DNA of 64,000 nucleotides from an uncultured Caulobacterales bacterium. GTDB lineage: Bacteria; Pseudomonadota; Alphaproteobacteria; Caulobacterales; Parvularculaceae. The position numbers and the translations under genes were made by a program. The DNA is taken from contig CAZAOB010000001.1 of the NCBI GenBank assembly GCA_964486635.1, forward strand, positions 84,745 through 148,744, written 5' to 3'. Positions 51,006 to 58,727 of the stretch are shown here, one piece after another (the first letter of the stretch is position 1; every line of letters begins with the position of its first letter). The notes under the pieces are model-generated. The model searched no databases. It was not told the origin of the DNA and worked only from the letters and a program-made list of their open reading frames with translations.

Positions 51006-53492
51006 TCAGCTCGTACCAGCAGAGTGTGTGGGTGAAATGATCACAGGCGGGCTCATCACCGGGCGACGACGGAAGACGCTCGGTGATGCAAATTCCCCAG
51101 GCACGCGCCCTTGACGACGCCAACTAACGATATCGCCAGTGCCGCCAGTGCCGAGACTTTCATTGCCGTCCCAAACTGCAATCAGCACGTCCGCTCGTTC
51201 GGCAATGTAGGCGCCAGCCAGCGCGTATTGCCTTTCTCTTGCGGCGGGATACGTCCCGTCTCCATAAGTGAGACTTACATCCGTCAGATCGCCAAACTTT
51301 AAGGGGAGTTCAATATAGCGTTCGCTCAGTGCTACGAGCCTGCGCAGCTTTTCTGCAGGACCCTCTCCTCTACTCGTTGCTGATCGCGACCGCTCATAAT
51401 CCTGACTGTAGGCGTCATATGGCATCGGCAACGGCACCCAGTAGGGGATATTCAACTCCAAAGCGATCTCGGCGGCAATGGTGTCAGTGCCTTCGGCGAG
51501 CGCTGTCAATATGACTGGCGCGCGATCGGGATTAGCGGCAATTTGTCTACCAATCTCCTCCCTCAGCGATTTGCGAATGTGTTCCTGATCTAGATCGCGA
51601 TTGCTACCGGGGCGATGGCCAACGACGCCGATAACGAATTCACGTTTTATCTCTAAACCAACGCAGGCCACAGTTTCCTGAAGGCGCGATGCAAGACCCT
51701 TATCGAATGTTTTCTCGTTGTCTGACAGCGCGGACCAAGGACGCAGCAAATCATGGCGGCGGGCTGCATCAACCCGCTTTTTTCCATACGCCCAACCACT
51801 GAGAAATCGCTCATTCAGCCAGCGGTGATGTTCCATCTTGGCGAGCAATTCATGCTCATCATCTGTAAGATTGAGCCGAGCGTCCGCAGATTTTTTTTCC
51901 GTGATCCGAAAGCGCATCGCTGTCGCTTTGGCCCAAATGTGATCGGCCGCCTGCCGACTCGATTCCCGGAACTCTTGCGGTAGTCTTTCCCACTCACGCT
52001 CCGCCCTCAGCGTTACCGAGGCTTCAGCTGCGGCTGTCCCACGCGAGCCGCTTCGATCGCCGACGTAGCTAAAATGCAGATGCTTGGCAATTTCCTCACG
52101 CATTGAGTCGATCAACGTAGGAACAAAAAAATCATCCTGATCGCCGGTGAGAATGTCTTCGACCGCGCCAAATGCAAAAATCCCGTCCGGAATTTCATTT
52201 TCGACCTCCAGACTGTGCCCGGAGTGCTGGTCATGAACGCGGCGATCAACATTTGAACGCAATAGCTCACCGATGCCGCGCGTGTTCGCCAAGTGGACAA
52301 GGATCGGAGCATTGACTCTCCTCACCCCCCCTTCACCCGCATCGGGGCGAGTCAACAGCAGCCGCCGAAGTGACAAGGCGACATTGACCGAAACTTCAGG
52401 CTGTTCATAGCAAACCACGTGCAGTGTAGATTGTTCCGGCAGCCGAGAATAATCGTTCGAAGAAATCCCATTCGGGTGAATTGTGAGCAGACGAACATCG
52501 AGGTTCGCCATCTTGCCGATCTCTGGGATCAAGGCTCGAATTTCATGCCGGCAATCATCCGGCTGCGCCGTAAACAAAGTGATGTTGACGCGGTTTTCAC
52601 TTGCACTCGTGCTCTGACGCAAGGTTTCGACGATCACTTGCGTAGACAAGGCGTTGTGTCCGTAAATGCACAAATGCAGAGCTGATTGGCCCTGCGCATC
52701 CGCATAGATCTCGGGTGGATGCGCCCGAATGACCCGCCGCGCTGCAATTTCCTCGATACTGAAGAACCGCGGACGCGCCGATTCAGACATTCCGGCAAAC
52801 TTGAAGTATTCCCCAAGGCGAACACCAAAGCCCGCCTCTTTCAGGCGCACCCAAAGGTCGCGATCCGATTTTCTTGAGGCTGAACCGATGCGTGCTTTGC
52901 CACGAATTTCAGCATTTGCCGAAAGGACAAATTGAAGACTGTCCGTTGCTTCTTGCAGAAATGATATCGCTATCCGTGAACGATGAATTCGCGCACGCGC
53001 GAGCACTGAGCGCGAGCCCGGATCACCCTTGATTAAGATTGCGCCGCCGCGCCGACACTTCGCGGCCAACGCATTCGGCGGGTTCGGATCAATGATCACG
53101 ACGCCTGTTCGCTTTTTCACCTGGTTGAAAGACGCGAGAAGGAACAGCGTTTCATCGTTTAGCCCCGCCAGAACCGCATGGCCCGAAATGCGGGACAGTC
53201 GCAGCGTTTGCCAAACATGGAGGAACAGCTGCGCCGTGAACAACTCGACAATGCCAACTATCGTGAATACAGGCGCCACGTAGGCCTGCATTTTTACAAA
53301 GGTGTTCACGTCCTGCTGAAAGGCCCAGTCGCCACTAAGCACAAACAGCTGAAGGATCTTATAGGCATCATAATAAACAGACCCAGGGCCGCCACCATAG
53401 ACCTGCAGCGACACGACACCCGCGTAAACAAAGATCGCGAAGAGGATTGCTAGACCGACAAGCCTCTTGGTTTGACCGTTTAGGTCCGACAT
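51006..53492 (-). CDS. 2-TM protein with two degenerate TrkA-N/RCK-like domains, a RyR-type repeat module and a C-terminal SLOG (Smf/DprA-LOG)-like domain
   Basis: TM1 LVGLAILFAIFVYAGVVSL and TM2 YVAPVFTIVGIVELFTAQLFL. TrkA-N-like pattern GHAVLAGLNDET..VVIIDPN..ILIKGDPGS..L..A.I, then a second copy (LHLCIYGHNALS..). RyR-like ..LLAKMEHHRWLNERFLSGWAYG...RHDLLRPWSALSDNEK... DprA/LOG-like VIGVVGHR...ILTALAEGTDTIAAEIALE...VLIAVWDG..LGTGGTGDIV. The ORF itself is solid; the domain names are motif-level calls. Confidence 0.75.
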   Translation of the reverse strand: MSDLNGQTKRLVGLAILFAIFVYAGVVSLQVYGGGPGSVYYDAYKILQLFVLSGDWAFQQDVNTFVKMQAYVAPVFTIVGIVELFTAQLFLHVWQTLRLSRISGHAVLAGLNDETLFLLASFNQVKKRTGVVIIDPNPPNALAAKCRRGGAILIKGDPGSRSVLARARIHRSRIAISFLQEATDSLQFVLSANAEIRGKARIGSASRKSDRDLWVRLKEAGFGVRLGEYFKFAGMSESARPRFFSIEEIAARRVIRAHPPEIYADAQGQSALHLCIYGHNALSTQVIVETLRQSTSASENRVNITLFTAQPDDCRHEIRALIPEIGKMANLDVRLLTIHPNGISSNDYSRLPEQSTLHVVCYEQPEVSVNVALSLRRLLLTRPDAGEGGVRRVNAPILVHLANTRGIGELLRSNVDRRVHDQHSGHSLEVENEIPDGIFAFGAVEDILTGDQDDFFVPTLIDSMREEIAKHLHFSYVGDRSGSRGTAAAEASVTLRAEREWERLPQEFRESSRQAADHIWAKATAMRFRITEKKSADARLNLTDDEHELLAKMEHHRWLNERFLSGWAYGKKRVDAARRHDLLRPWSALSDNEKTFDKGLASRLQETVACVGLEIKREFVIGVVGHRPGSNRDLDQEHIRKSLREEIGRQIAANPDRAPVILTALAEGTDTIAAEIALELNIPYWVPLPMPYDAYSQDYERSRSATSRGEGPAEKLRRLVALSERYIELPLKFGDLTDVSLTYGDGTYPAARERQYALAGAYIAERADVLIAVWDGNESLGTGGTGDIVSWRRQGRVPGEFASPSVFRRRPVMSPPVIISPTHSAGTS

Positions 53493-53689
53493 AAATGTCC
53501 TTTGTGTTGCAACTTCGTCAATCTAGAGCCCTTATACTGTGACACTTACTCCGCGAGACTTGGACTGCTGGCACACGTCAGCCAATCTTCAATCGCTACA
53601 ATGTAGGGTACTGAGTAGAACCCGCAGTTACATCAAACCCGCTTCACGTTCTTCGGTCTCGAGTCTTCTTTTGAACATTGTTCGCGGCG

Positions 53690-54296
53690 ACGGTAAAATG
53701 GCTGTATCTAAGGCGGCGGTCAATTATTGTGGGTGACAATCGCAGAATTAAACTCGTCATAGGGCGTACCAATGTGACAGGCCGCAATTGCTTAAAATGT
53801 GACCGTACGCGACCGATCGGAGCTAAATCCGCTCCCCCTATCGTATTGCGGAGACCAGCATTGGTTAGGTTGGCGAGAAGATTCCACCCACGAACGGCTC
53901 CGTTGATTGATTGACCATACGAATGCAGCAACTTGTTCCCTGGCAATTATTCAACAGCGTCTCGCCGCGATCTGCTTGGCTGTACCTTCAAAGATACAAT
54001 CGGGACCGACCCGGGAAACCTCCACTTATGGAGTTGATAGCTGGTTCGCACTAGGACGACGAAGCGCCGAGCAGACTCCAACGCCAAAGCCGAACGGCAC
54101 TAGCGATCGGCTCGATGTGGCTGACGTTTGGATGACGGTGCGACGCGAGGTTCTCAACGCCGAGTGGTTCGCCACTATCGATCAGGCGAAAACGGTCATC
54201 GGAAGATGGCTCAGGCAGTACAAAACCGTGCGCCCGCATCAGGCCCTTGGCATGAGGCCTCCGGCGCCGGAAACTCTATCAGAAGTTGGCACATAG
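53690..54296 (+). pseudogene. Decayed, 5'-truncated IS3-family (rve/DDE integrase) transposase remnant
   Basis: The last about 65 codons read ..VRREVLNAEWFATIDQAKTVIGRWLRQYKTVRPHQALGMRPPAPETL, the canonical C-terminus of IS3-type OrfB. Upstream frames keep only faint traces (..KWLYL.., ..IQSGP(T)RE.. for SDNGPEF, ..PKPNGTSDR.. for P..NG..ER) interrupted by stops and frameshifts. The 5' limit is approximate. Confidence 0.6.
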
Positions 54297-54337
54297 ATTT
54301 GGGGCTGGACAGGCGAGCAGAACAAAAATGCCGGCTA

Positions 54338-54499
54338 TCACTTCGGCAAATTCTGCTCAAGGTCGTCATCGAGCAAAATGCGCTCGGCCGCGCCATCCAT
54401 ATCGTCATATTGACCGGACTTCACCGACCAGATGAAAACCGCGAGGCCAGCAGCACCCATGATCAATGCAATCGGGATGAGATAGATAAGCGCTGTCAT
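54338..54499 (-). CDS. ccoS: cbb3 oxidase maturation protein CcoS/FixS (53 aa; below the ORF-track cutoff)
   Basis: Own translation: MTALIYLIPIALIMGAAGLAVFIWSVKSGQYDDMDGAAERILLDDDLEQNLPK. This is the typical CcoS TM helix plus the SGQ(Y/F)DD motif. Its ATG overlaps the ccoI stop (ATGA). Confidence 0.8.
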   Translation of the reverse strand: MTALIYLIPIALIMGAAGLAVFIWSVKSGQYDDMDGAAERILLDDDLEQNLPK

Positions 54500-56736
54500 G
54501 CGGTTTCCTTTGCGTTGCGGATTCGCAATGCATTCAGCGTTACGACGACGGATGAACCCGACATGGCAAGCGCGGCGATAAGGGGCGTGACGAACCCAAA
54601 CACGGCAAGCGGTATGGCGCAGACATTATAGAGCGCTGCAAAAGCAAAATTCTCAAGCACGCGTCTGCGCGCCTGTACTGAAATGTCATACGCAGTCACA
54701 ACGGAACGTAGGCTGTCGCCCTGAAGCACGAAATCGGCCGCAGCCTGGCTTGCATCAGCAGCCGTTCCTGGCGAGAGCGAAGCATGGGCGGCCGAAAGGG
54801 CCGGCGCGTCGTTCAGTCCATCGCCGACCATCGCCACCTTTGCGCCTTTTGCGCTGAGTTCAGACAGGCGTGAGATTTTGTCGGCCGGCGTCATCTCCGC
54901 CCGCCATAGGTTTAGGCCAACAGATCTGGCGATCCGTTCCGCGGGCGCGCGGCGGTCACCGGTCAACATTTCTGACTCAATATGTCTGTCGCGAAGATCG
55001 GCGATCGATTGCGCCGCATCGTTCCGAAGCCGGTCCTCAAAAGTGAACCGAACCGGCTCAGCGTCGCCAAGCCTGAGCCACGCTTCCGACAACGCGCTCT
55101 GACCGGCACTCCCGGCGCCGACCCAGTCCGCGCGCCCGAACCGCGCATTGCTTTCGCCGATCACGCCTTCCACACCAAAGCCGGGGATGTCGCGCGCTTC
55201 GTCGGCGAGCGCGCCGGGACCGGCAGCTTCGACGATAGCGCGCGCGAGTGGATGACGGCTCACGCGCGCAAGACTTGCAGCCTGCATCAAAACCGCTTCC
55301 GAGATCTCTTCTCGATTGGCGAGGCTCATCCGGCCATGAGTCAGCGTGCCGGTTTTGTCGAACACGAACGTATCGACTTCCGCGAGGCGCTCCAAAGCGT
55401 CGCCGGATTTGACCAGCACGCCGGATTTGAACAAGCGCCCGGTGGCCACAACCTGCACCGCTGGCGCGGCGAGCCCGAGCGCACAGGGGCAAGTTATAAT
55501 CAGCACCGCGACAGCATTCATGATAGCGACGCGCAATCCCGCATCGCCGATCACCAACCATCCGAGGAATGTCGCGAGCGCCAGCGAGTGCACGACCGGC
55601 ACATAAAGCGCCGCAGCACGATCTGCGAGGCGCACATATTTACTTTTGCCCTGTTCACCGGCTTCAATAAGCCGCGTCAAATCGGCAAGCAGGGAGTCTT
55701 CGACCCGCGCAGTTGCGCGCATCACCAGTTTCGAGGAGAGGTTGAGCACGCCCGCATATAGCTTATCGCCTGACTTCATCGAGGCTGGCGCGCTTTCGCC
55801 GGTCACAAGCGATACATCGACCTCAGACGCGCCGGTTTCGATTACCCCGTTCACCGGCGCCCGGTCGCCAGGCGACAATAGAATTCGTTCTCCAACCGCG
55901 ATATCGCGCGCGGAAACCGCCTCGAGCCTTCCGTCATTGCGAAATCGCGTGGCGGCGGTCGCTTGCATGGCGATCAAGCCTCGCGCTGCCTCTCTTGCTC
56001 GCGCGCGCAGGCGGTGATCGAGCCACCGGCCGATGAGCAAGAAGAACAAAAGCATCACCGCAGCGTCGAAATAGGCGTCTTCACCGTGATTGAGCGTTTC
56101 AAAAATACTCACCGCGAGCGACAACAGCACGGCGAGCGAGATCGGCACGTCCATATTGGCGCGCCCCTTTTTCAGTGCGGCCAATGCCGAATTGAAAAAC
56201 GGCCTGCCCGCGAAGGCAGCAGCCGGGATTGCGATCATCCCGGAAATCCAGTGCATCATCATGCGCGTCGCCGGGCCCATCTCACCGCCAGCCCCGGCCC
56301 AGACAGCAACGGACAAAAGCATGATGTTCGCCGCCGCAAAGCCCGCGACGGCGAGGCAGCGCAACAGAAAACGTCCTTCATCATCGCTTTGCGCTATGGC
56401 GGCTTTCGGGTCGAATGGCGTCGCACGATAGCCGAGATCGGAGATTTTTTGCGTGATGTCCCGTGGGCGCAAACCAACATCGCGCCAGGTGACGGCGAGC
56501 TTTCCGGTCGAAAGATTGAGCCGCGCGGCATCGATCCCGGGCAGTGTCTTCAGCCCGCCCTCGATCTTTGCAATACAGCCGCCGCATTTGGCGCCGTAGA
56601 CAGACAACTCCAACTGGCGCGTCCCGTCACGTAACAGCCTGACAAAAGGCGCGGGATCGATCACGCTGGCGTCAAGCGCAGGCTCCATGCCGCTCGGGCA
56701 TCCTGGCGCCGCATCGATGACGCTTGTCGCGCTCAT
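54496..56736 (-). CDS. ccoI: Copper-translocating P1B-type ATPase CcoI/FixI
   Basis: N-terminal HMA domain (GAKCGGCIAKIE), CPC in TM6 (ITCPCALGLAAP), DKTGTLT phosphorylation site, MVGDGLNDAP hinge. Confidence 0.95.
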   Translation of the reverse strand: MSATSVIDAAPGCPSGMEPALDASVIDPAPFVRLLRDGTRQLELSVYGAKCGGCIAKIEGGLKTLPGIDAARLNLSTGKLAVTWRDVGLRPRDITQKISDLGYRATPFDPKAAIAQSDDEGRFLLRCLAVAGFAAANIMLLSVAVWAGAGGEMGPATRMMMHWISGMIAIPAAAFAGRPFFNSALAALKKGRANMDVPISLAVLLSLAVSIFETLNHGEDAYFDAAVMLLFFLLIGRWLDHRLRARAREAARGLIAMQATAATRFRNDGRLEAVSARDIAVGERILLSPGDRAPVNGVIETGASEVDVSLVTGESAPASMKSGDKLYAGVLNLSSKLVMRATARVEDSLLADLTRLIEAGEQGKSKYVRLADRAAALYVPVVHSLALATFLGWLVIGDAGLRVAIMNAVAVLIITCPCALGLAAPAVQVVATGRLFKSGVLVKSGDALERLAEVDTFVFDKTGTLTHGRMSLANREEISEAVLMQAASLARVSRHPLARAIVEAAGPGALADEARDIPGFGVEGVIGESNARFGRADWVGAGSAGQSALSEAWLRLGDAEPVRFTFEDRLRNDAAQSIADLRDRHIESEMLTGDRRAPAERIARSVGLNLWRAEMTPADKISRLSELSAKGAKVAMVGDGLNDAPALSAAHASLSPGTAADASQAAADFVLQGDSLRSVVTAYDISVQARRRVLENFAFAALYNVCAIPLAVFGFVTPLIAALAMSGSSVVVTLNALRIRNAKETA

Positions 56737-57224
56737 GGCGCTGTAATCCTTGCATCGACATCCAACGCTTCGCCGCTCGATCCTTCAATGCGCAAGGCCA
56801 AATCCCAGACGCCCGGCGCGAAAGCGCCAACCTCTGCCGCATAAACGCCATCCCCCTGCGCGATAAAGCTCAGCGGCTGATCAGCAGCTGCCGTCGCCGG
56901 TCTTTTCAGGACGCCAGCGACCGAAAGCCCTGAAAGCGCTGTTTCGTCCTTTGATAGTCGAAGCGCGATTATTCCCGTCTCTGCATCGCGCTCCACCTCA
57001 ACGATTTCCACATTCCAGCCGAGTTGCGACTGCGCCGCGCGTTGAGCAATCGTGTCATTATAATGAAGACCTTGTAGGTAGGACTTCTCTTCGGACACGC
57101 CAGGGAATGTCCGCACTGCCGCGCGGATAAAAATCACATTGGCGAATATCATGACGCCGAAAAATGCGATCACCATGAGGAGCACGTGACGACCCGTAAG
57201 CATTCCCTTTTCATTCATCATCAC
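56733..57224 (-). CDS. ccoH: CcoH/FixH cbb3 assembly protein
   Basis: ..GRHVLLMVIAFFGVMIFANVIFI.. TM followed by a FixH-type periplasmic domain. 4-nt overlaps with both neighbours. Confidence 0.85.
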   Translation of the reverse strand: MMMNEKGMLTGRHVLLMVIAFFGVMIFANVIFIRAAVRTFPGVSEEKSYLQGLHYNDTIAQRAAQSQLGWNVEIVEVERDAETGIIALRLSKDETALSGLSVAGVLKRPATAAADQPLSFIAQGDGVYAAEVGAFAPGVWDLALRIEGSSGEALDVDARITAP

Positions 57225-58708
57225 CTCCCTGTCAGAAATGCCGTTGGGCTAACGGCTTCTTCACCGGTGGCGGGATCAATCACCGTGATCGACAATTGCG
57301 CCGCGTCAGCCGAAAACGCCGATTGTGGCGCTGTTACAAAAATTCGCGCTGTTCGTACCGCGTCGCCGGGAGCCGCGATCATGACATCGTCGTTCTCAAC
57401 CTTCTCGCCCACCGCGCTGACGACATATCCATCCGGGACGTTGATGCGTATGATCAAATCTCGGGTGTAGTTGGCGCGATTAACGACCTTGACGTTATAC
57501 GCATTGCGCACCGACCCGTCGGACAAAAGCACAAAGGGCGGCGTCCGATCGCGGAGGACATTGACCAACATGGAATCGCGCGTCGACAGGCCGTAAGCCA
57601 TTAAGGCGCACACAAAGGCCAACACGCCAGCGTACAAAATGGTGCGTGGCCGCACCAATCGGATGCGGGTCTTTTCACCTCGCTGACGGCGCGCAATATT
57701 GGCGTCAGTATCATAGTCGATTAGCCCTTTCGGACGGCCGACTTTCGTCATGATGTCGTTGCAGGCGTCAATGCACAGCGCGCAGTTGATGCATTCGAGT
57801 TGCGCCCCGTCGCGAATATCAATCCCCATTGGGCAAGAAACGACGCAGGCGCGACAGGAAACGCAATCGCCCCGCCCTACCCATGTATCGCCTTTCTTGT
57901 GCGGACCGCGCGGTTCGCCGCGATCTACTTTGTAGGTGACCTGCAGCGTTTCCTCATCCGTGAGCGCCGCCTGTATACGCGGCCATGGACACATATAGGT
58001 GCAGACTTGCTCGCGCATGGAGCCAGCGAAAACGTATGTGGTCAGCGTCAGAAGTGCGAAAAAGAAATAGGCTGTGAAAGGCGCCTCGCCGCGTAGAAAA
58101 TCGCGAGCGATGCTGGGCGCGTCATGGAAATAGAGAATCCAGGCGCCGCCCGTCGCCATGCCGATCACGATCCAGACAATATGTTTTACGACACGCTTCC
58201 GGATCTTGTCGAAAGTCCAAGGCGCTTTCGCCAGCTTCATCCGCGCATTTCGATCGCCCTCAATGAAGCGCTCCACCCAGACATAGAGGTCTGTCCAAAC
58301 AGTTTGCGGACAGGAATAGCCGCACCAGACGCGGCCAAATAAAGCCGTCGCCAAAAACAGCGCGAGCGCTGCGATCACCAAAAGGCCGGTGAGAAAATAA
58401 AGTTGATCCGGCCATATTTCGATGAAGAAGAAATAAAATCTGCGGCCAGAGAAATCGACCAGCACCGCCTGATCCGGCTCTGCAGGACCGCGCGGCCAGC
58501 GTATCCACGGCGTGATGTAATAGACGCCAAGGGTCAGGGCCATGATAATCCACTTCAGGCTTCGGAAGGTTCCCTTGACCCGCTTCGGATAGATCGGATC
58601 ACGCGCCTTATAGAGCGTGCGCGTCGCGGCAGCGTTGACCGCTTCGACTTCATGACGCACCACGCCGCCGCTGAAATCAGGCGACGGCGCCGGTTCGGAT
58701 ACAGACAT
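57221..58708 (-). CDS. ccoG: CcoG/FixG (RdxB) polyferredoxin-type cbb3 accessory protein
   Basis: Membrane N-terminus with ..CGYSCPQTVWTD.., ..CTYMCPWPR.., and two 4Fe-4S motifs CVSCRACVVSCP / CINCALCIDACN. Start set to ATG 58708 (MSVSEP..). Confidence 0.9.
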   Translation of the reverse strand: MSVSEPAPSPDFSGGVVRHEVEAVNAAATRTLYKARDPIYPKRVKGTFRSLKWIIMALTLGVYYITPWIRWPRGPAEPDQAVLVDFSGRRFYFFFIEIWPDQLYFLTGLLVIAALALFLATALFGRVWCGYSCPQTVWTDLYVWVERFIEGDRNARMKLAKAPWTFDKIRKRVVKHIVWIVIGMATGGAWILYFHDAPSIARDFLRGEAPFTAYFFFALLTLTTYVFAGSMREQVCTYMCPWPRIQAALTDEETLQVTYKVDRGEPRGPHKKGDTWVGRGDCVSCRACVVSCPMGIDIRDGAQLECINCALCIDACNDIMTKVGRPKGLIDYDTDANIARRQRGEKTRIRLVRPRTILYAGVLAFVCALMAYGLSTRDSMLVNVLRDRTPPFVLLSDGSVRNAYNVKVVNRANYTRDLIIRINVPDGYVVSAVGEKVENDDVMIAAPGDAVRTARIFVTAPQSAFSADAAQLSITVIDPATGEEAVSPTAFLTGR

Positions 58709-58727
58709 AGTTTTCGCCTTCAGACGG

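Noticed and set aside
53644-53946. 100-aa minus-strand and 78-aa plus-strand ORFs upstream of the SLOG gene as possible third component(s) of the system.
   Set aside because: There are no recognisable motifs, and the ORFs overlap each other and the eroded transposase remnant. The plus-strand frame shows faint IS3 OrfB-like traces (..WLYL..), so they are better explained as pseudogene debris.
53493-54337. Search for a tRNA/tmRNA gene or att-type direct repeats marking the islet boundary. Also two copies of AATGTGAC (53771-53778 and 53796-53803).
   Set aside because: No cloverleaf-compatible segment (acceptor stem plus GTTCRANYC T-loop) was seen by eye. The 8-mer pair is short and lies inside the decayed IS remnant, so it is most likely debris. 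tRNAscan and a repeat finder should be run to be sure.
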